DNA from: Oceanispirochaeta sp.
GTDB lineage: Bacteria > Spirochaetota > Spirochaetia > DSM-2461
NCBI GenBank assembly: GCA_963663385.2
Contig: CAXXXD010000001.1
Location: 256,001 to 320,000 of the forward strand
Direction of reading: 5' to 3'
DNA length: 64,000 bases
Shown here piece after piece: positions 48,044 through 57,962 of this stretch; within the stretch, counting starts at the first letter, position 1, and each line of letters begins with the position of its first letter. The notes under the pieces were generated by a model, which made no database searches, was not told the origin of the DNA, and was given only the letters and a program-made list of their open reading frames with translations. Both the position numbers and the translations under genes were made by a program.

Positions 48044-50833
48044 CTAAAGATCAAATGTCATAAAGAGGATCTGAACAACCGGTTCCTTTTTTTCTACAAG
48101 CCATGAGAGGCGAACCCCCAGATTCAGGGGAAAAGATTTAACATTGAATGGTATAAAATCAAAGTTCAGCTCGATCCCCGCTGATGAGTACTCATCAATA
48201 GCACTCGGAGTATCGTATAATCCTGTCCTGTCATAAAAAAGTTCTCCCCGGATTCTATTAATATAAGACCAGGACCCTATTGCCAGATCAGGATAGGCGA
48301 TGGGGAAAACATAACCTGCGGAAAACTGATAGAGGTTGTCCTCCTTTATAGCATCGTATCCCCTGCTGAAAATCACCCGGCTCTGCCTGAAACCTGTCTG
48401 GGTTTCATAACTGCCCTCAAGGAAAATCCCCGTATTCCGAAAACCTCCGGGAAGATAGAAACCAAGGGTACTGGAAAAGAGGGAAAGATCGTCCTCCTGC
48501 AGCGGGGTATGCGTATAGTGTGTTTTTAAGAAAACACCCCAGAGTGGATTCAGGCTGCGGCTGCTCCCGGGCAGTGCAGAGAGCCACCTGAAACCATAAT
48601 GCAGGGGAGAAGAGAGGTTTTCCGATTCGCCGGATTCAACAGAAAAAAAGGTTTCCACCCCGGCTCCGGCGTAGGGGGTCAGACGGTGGAACCAGAGGTC
48701 CCCGTCCAGGTTCACCGGGAGGGAGAAAAGGAGATCCGAAGAGAGATCATAACTCGGCACACCATCCACGTCCCGGTTCCAGCAGCTGTTCTGCCAGCTG
48801 ATATCGGGGAAGCGTCCAGTCCAGTTCAGATTCAGAAAGGATCCGCCCGATTTTTCATTGATATCAACAGATCCTCCCAGGCTCCAGTCAAGGGTGCTGA
48901 AAATATTTTCCGCTGTTAAATAGAAAGAGAGAACCGTTTCGTTTTCCGGATCTATCGCAAGCCCCCAGGAGTGAATCCTCCCCCAGTCGGATGCCGCTTT
49001 ATACTCTTCGATCTCCCAGTCCCGATAGTCCTCGGAGATTCCCTTCTCCGGAACAGAGAGGAAGAACGGGTTATCCGGCTGAGGATAGTAGAGAAAGGGG
49101 TTCCGATTTACGGATTCCAAGAGAATCCACCTTTCCGGATCATTCTTCTGAAGAGCCAGCTGCTCCCCCTTTACTGAAGTATATTCACTGTACAGGATGA
49201 CATTTTCCCCATTATAGCAGCCGGTCAGAGGATTCCTCATGCCGTTAAGCCGGGATGAAATCTGAAACGCCTCTCCTGTCTCAAGGTTCAGGCTCATTAC
49301 ATTTTCGTATCCGGAATAGTTGGAACAGTAGTAGAGGACCCCGTCTCTGCAGTGCAGCCTTTTTACGGTTTCAGAAGAAAAGTCTGTATAAAAAGTCAGC
49401 GTCCCCGTCTCCCTTTCCAAACCGGCGATGGCACGTCCCGCTTCGCCCTGTACCGTAAAGAATATCCGATTCCCCTTTTCGTCCCAGCAGGGATAGGCGG
49501 CAAACTGATGATCCGGTAAAGCATAACGCTCCAGAACTCCGCCTTCTCCGGCATCCAGCACCAGTACATTACAGTTCAGATCCGTTGTCCACTCCACAAC
49601 AGCCAGAGTCAGGCCATCCGGGCTGAATGCCGGCGTAAGGTAACGCTTCTTTTCTGTCAGGTATTTTTTTTCACCTCTTGCCAGATCAGCCAGCACCAGA
49701 TCCGACCAGCTCTCTCCATCGTTCAGAGCAGAGTGATTTTCATAGGTCCAGACAGCTTTATCACCGTTAACGGTAAGATCCGATGATGGGGGTACCCTCA
49801 TCAGGGAGGTTTCCCCCTCCGGTGTAATCTCGACAAGAGACGCCGTTTCATTCAATGCCCTTTTCCGGGCCAGAATCCTGTCTTCCTGAAAAAGCAGGGG
49901 TTCCCACAGGGTATAGTTTTCTTCAGGCTCTGTTATCTTTATATTGGCAATCGCTTCTACCGCTCTGTCCCGCCGGGTCCACTGATCTTTCAGGTCATCA
50001 GCCATCGCTTTGTACAGATCCGACCAGGAGTGCCCCGAAACGGATTTGCCCCCCAGGTAGAGACCGAATGCCGGAAAAGGCAGAGCGGAAGTATAATCAA
50101 GAATCTGATTCCAGCGTTCATCACCGTAGGTATTTCTTATATAGGAAGTGAGAAAGTATCCCAGCTCGTACTCATTGGGGATGAAATCCTTATAGGAACG
50201 GTTGACCATCTTGCCGAAGGAAAAGTCCTCATTCAGAACAATCTCTTTCAGATGCTGATGAAAAACGGGATCCCTTCCACGCCCGGAATTGGAATAGAGA
50301 GTTTCCGCAGACACCGCGTCCCCTTCCAGAAACCATTCCGGGATACCCCAGTAAATTCCAACGGTTAAACCGGACTGACCTCCCAGAAGATAAAAAAGAC
50401 GGTTCAGCCCCCGATTCAAGGCATCGTACTGGACCATATGCCGCGTTTCATGCAGAGACAGCATATCAAACCAGGCCATGGGCGGCAGATCCTCCGCCAC
50501 AGGAGTTCCATACCAGACGCTCTTCCGGGGCGGCATACTGACGAAACCGTTTGCTTCCATGGAAGATGTAACCAGCAGGATCGGCCAGCGGGATTGCCTG
50601 ACCGGATGATAGGCTTCCGCTTCCAGATCATAGATTGATTCTATACGGGCGGCTATACCGATGGCATAAGTGGTGATTGCTTCGGGAAAGATTATCTGAA
50701 AATGCTCTGTTTTAATCTGTCTCCATTCAGTCCCCGGAGCGTATTGAGCCATAACGGATACTGTATAGAATATCAGGAATAACCCGCCTGCCATTTTAGT
50801 TTTCACTAGGAAGTCCTCTCTGCCTTGCCACAT
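48044..50833 (-). CDS. Large exported protein: HExxH peptidase-like domain, beta-propeller and probable beta-barrel (start possibly GTG 50806)
   Basis: IKTEHFQI, HETRH, WFLEGDAV and PAFSPDG; aromatic-rich C-terminus. Confidence 0.75.
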   Translation of the reverse strand: MWQGREDFLVKTKMAGGLFLIFYTVSVMAQYAPGTEWRQIKTEHFQIIFPEAITTYAIGIAARIESIYDLEAEAYHPVRQSRWPILLVTSSMEANGFVSMPPRKSVWYGTPVAEDLPPMAWFDMLSLHETRHMVQYDALNRGLNRLFYLLGGQSGLTVGIYWGIPEWFLEGDAVSAETLYSNSGRGRDPVFHQHLKEIVLNEDFSFGKMVNRSYKDFIPNEYELGYFLTSYIRNTYGDERWNQILDYTSALPFPAFGLYLGGKSVSGHSWSDLYKAMADDLKDQWTRRDRAVEAIANIKITEPEENYTLWEPLLFQEDRILARKRALNETASLVEITPEGETSLMRVPPSSDLTVNGDKAVWTYENHSALNDGESWSDLVLADLARGEKKYLTEKKRYLTPAFSPDGLTLAVVEWTTDLNCNVLVLDAGEGGVLERYALPDHQFAAYPCWDEKGNRIFFTVQGEAGRAIAGLERETGTLTFYTDFSSETVKRLHCRDGVLYYCSNYSGYENVMSLNLETGEAFQISSRLNGMRNPLTGCYNGENVILYSEYTSVKGEQLALQKNDPERWILLESVNRNPFLYYPQPDNPFFLSVPEKGISEDYRDWEIEEYKAASDWGRIHSWGLAIDPENETVLSFYLTAENIFSTLDWSLGGSVDINEKSGGSFLNLNWTGRFPDISWQNSCWNRDVDGVPSYDLSSDLLFSLPVNLDGDLWFHRLTPYAGAGVETFFSVESGESENLSSPLHYGFRWLSALPGSSRSLNPLWGVFLKTHYTHTPLQEDDLSLFSSTLGFYLPGGFRNTGIFLEGSYETQTGFRQSRVIFSRGYDAIKEDNLYQFSAGYVFPIAYPDLAIGSWSYINRIRGELFYDRTGLYDTPSAIDEYSSAGIELNFDFIPFNVKSFPLNLGVRLSWLVEKKEPVVQILFMTFDL

Positions 50834-50999
50834 ATTATAGATGAAATTATCTCTTTGTACCTTTCCGCGCCTTATTTGAAACAGAAAAAAAATAAATCCC
50901 TTTTATTTTTTATGGTTAAAAACAGCATCTCCCTTTATCCTTATAGTCGGGATTTCCATACCAGTATCCCGTCAACTTAAACTCACCAAGGAGTGTTTA

Positions 51000-51557
51000 A
51001 TGAAAGACTATTTTAAAGTTACCACTCGTACTATCGTCGCCACAGGTTTGGGTGCGGCTCTTTTTATGCTGCTCTTTATGTATGTAAAGATTCCCTCTCC
51101 CATTCCTGAAACCAGCCTTCAGACAGCCTACGGCCTGGGCGCTTTTTTTGCCGTACTTTTCGGACCCGTTGCAGGGGCCCTGATCGCGTTTATAGGGCAT
51201 GCCCTTTCAGATGCGCTTCAATACGGCTCTCCCTGGTGGAGCTGGGTAATTGCCAGCGGCGTATGCGGATTCGCCTACGGCCTGGCCTACAAAAAAACCG
51301 GTGTGGAAGAGGGAGATTTCAGGGGAAAATCCATCCTGGTATTCAATGTTATTCAGATTATCGGCAATGTTATTGCCTGGGTTGTCATCGCTCCCGTTCT
51401 GGACATTGTCATTTATAAGGAACCGGTTAACCTTGTTTTCACTCAGGGGATTGTAGCGGCTCTTATGAATTCAGTTACTGTAGCGATTATTGGAACTCTT
51501 CTCCTTATTGCCTATAATGCCACCAGAACAAAAAAAGGCAGTCTCGATAAAGAGTAA
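51000..51557 (+). CDS. ECF transporter S component (UPF0397/MtsT-like)
   Basis: IVATGLGAAL, FGPVAG, GHALSD, WWSWV and TRTKKGSL. Confidence 0.88.
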   Translation: MKDYFKVTTRTIVATGLGAALFMLLFMYVKIPSPIPETSLQTAYGLGAFFAVLFGPVAGALIAFIGHALSDALQYGSPWWSWVIASGVCGFAYGLAYKKTGVEEGDFRGKSILVFNVIQIIGNVIAWVVIAPVLDIVIYKEPVNLVFTQGIVAALMNSVTVAIIGTLLLIAYNATRTKKGSLDKE

Positions 51558-51572
51558 GCAGAAGGAGCAGAA

Positions 51573-53279
51573 GTGTCCTCTGATTCCATAATAGAGTTCA
51601 GGGATTTCGGCTTTCAGTATTATACGCAGGCCAGACCGACTCTATACGATATAAATCTCACTATAAACAGAGGGGAGAAAATCCTGATAATAGGTCCCAG
51701 CGGCAGCGGTAAAAGCACCCTGGGACACTGTTTGAACGGGTTAATCCCCTTTTCCTATAAGGGTGAAATAACAGGCAGTCTTCAGATCAAGGGCGAAGAG
51801 ACAAAAAAACTGGATATTTTCAGATTATCCAAAATGCTGGGGACCGTTCTCCAGGATCCGGACGGCCAGTTTGTGGGTCTAACGGTTTTTGAGGATATCG
51901 CCTTTGCCCTGGAAAACGACAGGATCCCCACAGAAGAGATGAAAGAGCGAGTCCGGAGGGCTGCAGAACTGGTAAAGATGCAGGATTTTGCCGGGTCCTC
52001 TCCCTACGAACTCTCGGGAGGACAGAAGCAGAGAACGTCCCTGGCGGGTGTTTTGATAGACAATGTGGATATACTCCTTTTCGATGAACCCCTTGCCAAC
52101 CTGGATCCGGCCACGGGAAAAACGGCCATAGAAATTATTGATGAAATTCACGAAAAAACAGATAAAACCGTTGTAATAATTGAGCACCGCCTGGAGGATG
52201 TCCTCCACCGGAATGTAGACAGGGTGCTTCTTATGAACGAAGGAAGAATCCTGGCTGATATGAATGCGGACAGATTGATGGCATCCTCCCTGCTTTTTGA
52301 AAACGGTATCCGGGAGCCGCTCTATGTTACGGCACTGAAGTACGCCGGTGTGGATGTCAGCGAAGATTTACAGGCGGGGAGCCTGGATACCCTGAAGATG
52401 AAAGACCTCTCGGAACCGCTGAAAGCCTGGTTCCGTTCCCGTGAACCGGAAAAACCGCAGAAAAAAGCCAAAACACTTTTGCAGGCGGAAGGGCTCGGTT
52501 TCTCCTACGACGGAGTGAAACCTACTGTCGATGATGTTACATTTTCCATCGACGAAGGGGAGTGCATCGCTGTTATCGGGAAAAACGGTGCGGGGAAATC
52601 GACCCTGTCCCGTCTTATCTGCGGTTTTGAAAAAGAGGACCGGGGGAAGCTCATCTACCGGGGGGAAGATATCCGGGACCTGACAATCAAAGAGAGGGCT
52701 GAAAAAATCGGTGTGGTTATGCAGAATCCCAATCAGATGATTTCAAAACCCCTTATTTTTGATGAAATAGCCCTGGGTCTCCGGCTGCGTCAGGTAGATG
52801 AAGAAGAAATTGCGGAGCGTGTTGAAAAGGTTCTGAAAGTCTGCGGATTATCCCCCTTCCGGAAGTGGCCGATTGCTGCATTGAGCTACGGTCAGAAGAA
52901 AAGGGTAACTATCGCTTCCATTCTGGTATTGAATCCCGAACTTATCATACTGGACGAACCGACTGCCGGGCAGGACTACCGCCACTACAGCGAGATCATG
53001 AATTTCGTAGGGGAGATTAACCGCCTGGGAGTGGCGATTATCCTGATTACCCACGATATGCATCTGATGCTGGAACATACAACCCGGGCGATTGTTCTGG
53101 CGGACGGCAGAAAAATAGCGGATACCAGACCGAGCCGGATTCTAACCGATCCGGCTGTAATCGGAAAGGCGAACCTGACGGAAACCTCCCTGTACAGACT
53201 CAGCCAGAATGCGGGGATTTCAGATGGAACAGGCTTTGTCCAGGATTTTATCGAGTATGAGAGGAAACACCGGATATGA
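51573..53279 (+). CDS. ECF transporter duplicated ATPase
   Basis: Two Walker A and signature sets; GIREPLY linker. Confidence 0.92.
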   Translation: MSSDSIIEFRDFGFQYYTQARPTLYDINLTINRGEKILIIGPSGSGKSTLGHCLNGLIPFSYKGEITGSLQIKGEETKKLDIFRLSKMLGTVLQDPDGQFVGLTVFEDIAFALENDRIPTEEMKERVRRAAELVKMQDFAGSSPYELSGGQKQRTSLAGVLIDNVDILLFDEPLANLDPATGKTAIEIIDEIHEKTDKTVVIIEHRLEDVLHRNVDRVLLMNEGRILADMNADRLMASSLLFENGIREPLYVTALKYAGVDVSEDLQAGSLDTLKMKDLSEPLKAWFRSREPEKPQKKAKTLLQAEGLGFSYDGVKPTVDDVTFSIDEGECIAVIGKNGAGKSTLSRLICGFEKEDRGKLIYRGEDIRDLTIKERAEKIGVVMQNPNQMISKPLIFDEIALGLRLRQVDEEEIAERVEKVLKVCGLSPFRKWPIAALSYGQKKRVTIASILVLNPELIILDEPTAGQDYRHYSEIMNFVGEINRLGVAIILITHDMHLMLEHTTRAIVLADGRKIADTRPSRILTDPAVIGKANLTETSLYRLSQNAGISDGTGFVQDFIEYERKHRI

Positions 53280-54109
53280 AGGGAAAACTTTTTTCCTATA
53301 ACTATATGAATACTCCCATCCACAACCTGTCGGGCCTGACCAAACTGCTCTGCTTTCTCCTGCTCACTTTCGCTGTTATGTTCAGCTACGATATCCGGGC
53401 CATTCTGTTTATCATGGTTTTCTCCATCGGAATTCTGAAAACGGCCAGAATACGCTACTCCCAGATACGGCTGATGGTAATTTATGTGGCCTTCTTTATC
53501 CTGACCAATGCGGTTATCACATTTTTCTTCTCCCCCGAGGAAGGTGTCAAAATTTATGGGACCAGACATGTTCTTTTCAGAATGGCAGGCCCCTACATCC
53601 TGACAAAAGAACAGCTCCTTTATCAGGGAACAAAACTGGCTAAATATATCTCTGTTATCCCCCTTGGGATTACCTTCTTATTAACCACCAATCCCAGTGA
53701 ATTCGCTTCGGCCCTTAATGGTATCGGAGTACATTATAAAGCCGCCTATGCCGTATCCCTTACACTCCGCTACTTTCCCGACATTCAGAGGGAGTACAGA
53801 AATATCAGCCTCTCCCAGCAGGCCAGGGGACTGGATATTTCCCAAAAAGCCCGTTTTACAAGCCGCGTAAAAAATGCCCTGCTTATCATCATTCCTCTTG
53901 TTTTTTCCACTCTGGACAGAATTGAACTGATCAGTAATGCCATGGATCTGAGAGGATTCGGAAAGTACAGAAAAAGGACCTGGTATACCATGCGCCATTT
54001 TGCAGCAGCCGATTTGATTGCCATACTGGTTTCTATCCTGTTATTTACCGGCACCATTCTGATATCAGTTTTTATAAATCATGACAGATTTTTCAACCCG
54101 TTTATCTAG
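53276..54109 (+). CDS. ECF transporter T component
   Basis: QQARG and MDLRGF motifs. Confidence 0.92.
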   Translation: MKGKLFSYNYMNTPIHNLSGLTKLLCFLLLTFAVMFSYDIRAILFIMVFSIGILKTARIRYSQIRLMVIYVAFFILTNAVITFFFSPEEGVKIYGTRHVLFRMAGPYILTKEQLLYQGTKLAKYISVIPLGITFLLTTNPSEFASALNGIGVHYKAAYAVSLTLRYFPDIQREYRNISLSQQARGLDISQKARFTSRVKNALLIIIPLVFSTLDRIELISNAMDLRGFGKYRKRTWYTMRHFAAADLIAILVSILLFTGTILISVFINHDRFFNPFI

Positions 54110-54118
54110 GAGCAGACT

Positions 54119-54967
54119 ATGTCGAAGGCACTAATGGTTTTTCAATCCGATTTTACCTATAAGGAAGGCGCAGTCTGCGCCATGTACGGCGTCGTGAAAA
54201 GTGTGGATCGGGAACTGGAGATCCTGACCGGGACTCATGAAATCCCCCGGTTTGATACCTGGAGCGCCTCATACAGGCTGAATCAGTCCATGAGGTTCTG
54301 GCCGGAGGGCACAGTATTTGTATCTGTTGTGGATCCCGGTGTCGGAACAGGCCGGAAAGCTTCCGTTGCCCTGACGGCAGACGGCTACTATGTGGTTACA
54401 CCGGACAACGGGTCTCTGACCCACCTTTTCTTTGAAGCGGGGATCCGGGAAATCCGGGAAATTGACGAGTCTGTCAACCGCCTGAGAGGGAAAGGGACGG
54501 AAGAGATCTGTATCTTCCACGGCAGGGATGTTTTTGCCTTTTGTGCCGCCAGACTGGCTTCCGGCCAGATCAGCTTCGAGGAGGTCGGTCCCGCCTATCC
54601 TCCAGAAGAGATTGTCTGTCACCCTCTGCTGGAACCGGTAGTTACCCCGACAGGGATTAAAGGCATAGTTGAGATTAACGATCCGAATTTTGGCAATATC
54701 TGGACCAATATCCCCCTTTCTCAATTCAAGTCCGCCGGATTTGAGTATGGAGACAGGGTTGACGTGCTTATCCGTAAAGAGGGAAAAGAGGTTTTCCGTA
54801 ATACCGTTCCCTTTCACAAATCTTTTGGATTTGCGGAAGAAGGACAGCCAGTTATTTATAATAACGAACTGATGAAAATATCCCTTGCCGTTTCCAGAGG
54901 GGACTTCGAAGAAAAATACCGGATCGGCTTCGGCTCCGAATGGACTGTCGATTTTTCCAGAGGATAA
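54119..54967 (+). CDS. DUF62 SAM hydrolase (SAM hydroxide adenosyltransferase family)
   Basis: QSDF, VVDPGVGTGR, TPDNG and FHGRDVFA (Asp-Arg-His triad). Confidence 0.9.
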   Translation: MSKALMVFQSDFTYKEGAVCAMYGVVKSVDRELEILTGTHEIPRFDTWSASYRLNQSMRFWPEGTVFVSVVDPGVGTGRKASVALTADGYYVVTPDNGSLTHLFFEAGIREIREIDESVNRLRGKGTEEICIFHGRDVFAFCAARLASGQISFEEVGPAYPPEEIVCHPLLEPVVTPTGIKGIVEINDPNFGNIWTNIPLSQFKSAGFEYGDRVDVLIRKEGKEVFRNTVPFHKSFGFAEEGQPVIYNNELMKISLAVSRGDFEEKYRIGFGSEWTVDFSRG

Positions 54968-55004
54968 ACAGAATGCCGCATCATATCAATTACAGGAGGC
55001 CCAT

Positions 55005-55712
55005 ATGAGTAAGCTCAGTGAAAAAACCATAACAGAGCTGCAGAAAAAATTCCCCGCAGCTCTCAACTACCTGGTGTCTATTTTTCTTATTCAGAGAGAA
55101 CATGGAAAAACAGGAAATGCCCGCCTTGCAGAAAATCTGGGTGTTTCAAAACCGGCTGTAAACCAGGCTATCGGCCGTTTGAAAAAACATAACCTGGTGG
55201 AGCAGGATCCCTACGGATCCATACGGCTGACCGATACAGGCCGGGATTTTGCCGTCTGTACTTTGAAAAAGCACTACCTGATCGAACACCTTCTTATTTC
55301 CAGAACCAACTACCCCTGGGAGAAATCGGACGAGGAGGCCCAAAGACTTCAAACCTGTCTTTCCCAGGAGTTTACTGACTACCTCTATGATTTTTTCGGT
55401 CACCCCCAAACCTGCCCTCACGGCAATCCCTTTCCGGATAGTCCCCGGGAGGAGGCCCTGCTCTCGGCCCCCCGCCTGTCCGAAGCGCCTCAGGATACTC
55501 CCGTGAAAATTATCCGGATTACAGAAGAGGGGGAGGCCGAGGAAGGTCTTCTCCGATTTTGCTACATACACAAGCTTCAACCGGGCAAAACCCTATGTAT
55601 AAAGGAGCGTTTGGACGACGAATTCCTGAAGATAGACAGTGACAATACAGAGATACGGATGCCCCTGTCCATAGCGAAATACCTATGCTATAAACCGCTT
55701 ACCCCGGAATAA
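55005..55712 (+). CDS. DtxR/MntR family regulator with FeoA-like domain
   Basis: LAENLGVSKPAV HTH and CPHGNP; AGGAGG SD before ATG 55005. Confidence 0.88.
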   Translation: MSKLSEKTITELQKKFPAALNYLVSIFLIQREHGKTGNARLAENLGVSKPAVNQAIGRLKKHNLVEQDPYGSIRLTDTGRDFAVCTLKKHYLIEHLLISRTNYPWEKSDEEAQRLQTCLSQEFTDYLYDFFGHPQTCPHGNPFPDSPREEALLSAPRLSEAPQDTPVKIIRITEEGEAEEGLLRFCYIHKLQPGKTLCIKERLDDEFLKIDSDNTEIRMPLSIAKYLCYKPLTPE

Positions 55713-55723
55713 ACCGACGGCTC

Positions 55724-55769
55724 TTGACAGAATAGCGGAAACTTTCTAATTTTAATTAGCCGGCTAATT
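55724..55769 (+). promoter_or_regulatory. Sigma-70 promoter and MarR operator
   Basis: TTGACA-17-TAATTT followed by the perfect palindrome AATTAGCCGGCTAATT (55754-55769). Confidence 0.8.
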
Positions 55770-55788
55770 GATTTTTCGGGACAGAAGA

Positions 55789-56238
55789 ATGCGGAATAAA
55801 AAAGAAAGTATTTCGGAAATGATCAGAATACTGCATCACCGACACAGAAAGTATACCAGACCGTTTTTTGAAAAGATGGGCTTGTTTCGGGGGCAGCCTC
55901 CCCTTCTCCTTCTGCTGGCAGAAAAAGATGGAATGACACAGAAGGAAATTGCTTCGACCCTCAACCTGACACCTCCTACGGTAAATAAGATGGTTCGCCG
56001 GATGGAGCAGGGAGGTTTTATCCACAAGAGGAATGATCCGGAAGACCTCAGGATTACACGGATTCTTCTCAGCTCAAAAGGACTGGCCCTTATAGGTCAG
56101 ATCAGAGAGGTTATCGACGAAGAAGAGCAGGCTATATCCGCCCTGTATACTCCCGAAGAAAAAAGACTGCTTCTGAAGCTGCTTTCCCGGATAACAGAAG
56201 TATATGAAAAGGGACAGGAAAAGGAGTCAGAAACATGA
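55789..56238 (+). CDS. MarR family regulator
   Basis: GMTQKEIA, DPEDLR and LSSKG. Confidence 0.92.
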   Translation: MRNKKESISEMIRILHHRHRKYTRPFFEKMGLFRGQPPLLLLLAEKDGMTQKEIASTLNLTPPTVNKMVRRMEQGGFIHKRNDPEDLRITRILLSSKGLALIGQIREVIDEEEQAISALYTPEEKRLLLKLLSRITEVYEKGQEKESET

Positions 56239-57962
56239 ATATTATTAAGAAGTATATCCGTCCCTACCTTGTTCCGGCGCTGCTGGCTCCTCTTTTTATG
56301 CTTCTGGAAGTCTTTATGGACCTGATGCAACCGACTCTGATGGCCAGGATTATTGATAAAGGCATTATGCTTTCTGATCAGAGGGTTCTTTTACACACAG
56401 GCCTTTTCATGCTCGGCCTTACCGTTATCGGCCTGTTGGGAGGCATAGGCTGCACAATTGCCTCCACCTATGCCTCCACAGGGGTTGCAAAGGATCTGAG
56501 GGAGAGCCTTTATGCCAAAGTTCTCAGCCTGTCCCATAAAAACATGGATGAACTGGAAACCGGGCATATTATAACCCGCCTGACAAATGACGTTGTACAA
56601 GTCGAGTCCATTATCCGTTTCGGTTTACGGATACTCGTCAGGGCCCCTTTGCAGATAATCGGCAGCCTGGTTCTGGCCGTTATAATCAGTCCGGCGCTCT
56701 CGGCTATCTTCCTGGTGCTTATCCCTCTGATTATTGTCACTGTATTTTTCATAATGAAGCTTGCGAGTCCTGTTTTTACACAGGTTCAGAATAAAATGGA
56801 CCGCCTCAATGTCTGTCTCCAGGAGAACCTGGCCGGAATCCGACTGGTGAAGGCATTCGGACGCCAGGATCATGAAAAGGAGAAATTCCACAGGGCCAAC
56901 AATGAATTGATAGAGAAAAACATCCAGGCATCCCGTATCCTGGCATTTGCCAATCCCCTGATGACCCTGTTTCTGAATGCAGGAATCCTTGCGGTAATCT
57001 GGTTCGGAAGCGGCAGAGTCTGGAATGGGAATCTGCAGATTGGCAGGATCATCGCTTTTATCAACTATATGCTGCAGCTATCCATGTCTCTTATCATGGC
57101 AAGCCATATTCTGATAAACCTTTCCCGGGCCGGTGCGTCCCTGATTCGTCTGGAGGAACTGCTCTCGCTTGAGGCAGATATACAGGAAGGAGAGGATCCG
57201 ACCCCGGACCGGATGATTAAGGGCGCAGTAGAGTTCCGTCATGTATCATTCTCCTACAAAGGAAATTCACAGGATCCGGTTCTGAATGATATTTCTTTCA
57301 CGGTGTCTCCAGGCGAAAAGGTCGCCATCCTGGGTGCGACCGGTTCCGGAAAATCGACACTGGCCGCTCTGATCCCCCGCCTTTATGATACCGATGCCGG
57401 CAGCATCCTGATTGATGGAAAAGATATAAAGAAGTATTCCCTCTCCCATCTCCGAGCGAATATCGGTATGGCCCCTCAACAGACAATTCTGTTCAGCGGA
57501 TCAATCGGACAGAATATCAAATACGGCAAAGAGAATTTTGAAGGAAAGATGGAGTCCTATGCGGAAACGGCATCCATAAGGGATTTTATTGAATCCCAGC
57601 CGGAGAAATATAACAGCGAGGTTAAAAGGCGCGGGGCCAATCTTTCAGGGGGCCAGAAACAGAGAATCGCCATTGCCCGGGCACTCTGGGGGGACCCGCC
57701 CATTGTAATTCTGGATGATTCAACCAGTGCGGTTGATATGAAAACAGCAGAAATGATTCAAACAGCCCTTTACACACAGAAGAAGAGCACCGTTTTTATC
57801 ATATCCCAGAGGATTTCTTCAGCCCTGAAAGCTGACCGCATTATGCTGCTGGAGGACGGAAAGATTGCCGGCCTGGGAACTCATAAAGAGCTGATTGCTC
57901 AAAACAGTATCTACCAGGAAATATTCCGTTCACAAACTCAGGAGGAGGTGAAAATTTCATGA
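56235..57962 (+). CDS. ABC exporter, heterodimer subunit 1 (degenerate site)
   Basis: TMD plus NBD; Walker B LDDS. Confidence 0.93.
   Translation: MNIIKKYIRPYLVPALLAPLFMLLEVFMDLMQPTLMARIIDKGIMLSDQRVLLHTGLFMLGLTVIGLLGGIGCTIASTYASTGVAKDLRESLYAKVLSLSHKNMDELETGHIITRLTNDVVQVESIIRFGLRILVRAPLQIIGSLVLAVIISPALSAIFLVLIPLIIVTVFFIMKLASPVFTQVQNKMDRLNVCLQENLAGIRLVKAFGRQDHEKEKFHRANNELIEKNIQASRILAFANPLMTLFLNAGILAVIWFGSGRVWNGNLQIGRIIAFINYMLQLSMSLIMASHILINLSRAGASLIRLEELLSLEADIQEGEDPTPDRMIKGAVEFRHVSFSYKGNSQDPVLNDISFTVSPGEKVAILGATGSGKSTLAALIPRLYDTDAGSILIDGKDIKKYSLSHLRANIGMAPQQTILFSGSIGQNIKYGKENFEGKMESYAETASIRDFIESQPEKYNSEVKRRGANLSGGQKQRIAIARALWGDPPIVILDDSTSAVDMKTAEMIQTALYTQKKSTVFIISQRISSALKADRIMLLEDGKIAGLGTHKELIAQNSIYQEIFRSQTQEEVKIS

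Noticed and set aside
50834..50999. SAM riboswitch upstream of the ECF operon
   Set aside because: Only one short hairpin (CGGGAT/ATCCCG); no SAM-I consensus seen.
54119..54967. Fluorinase or chlorinase
   Set aside because: It retains the hydrolase Asp-Arg-His triad, and no halometabolite cluster is nearby.
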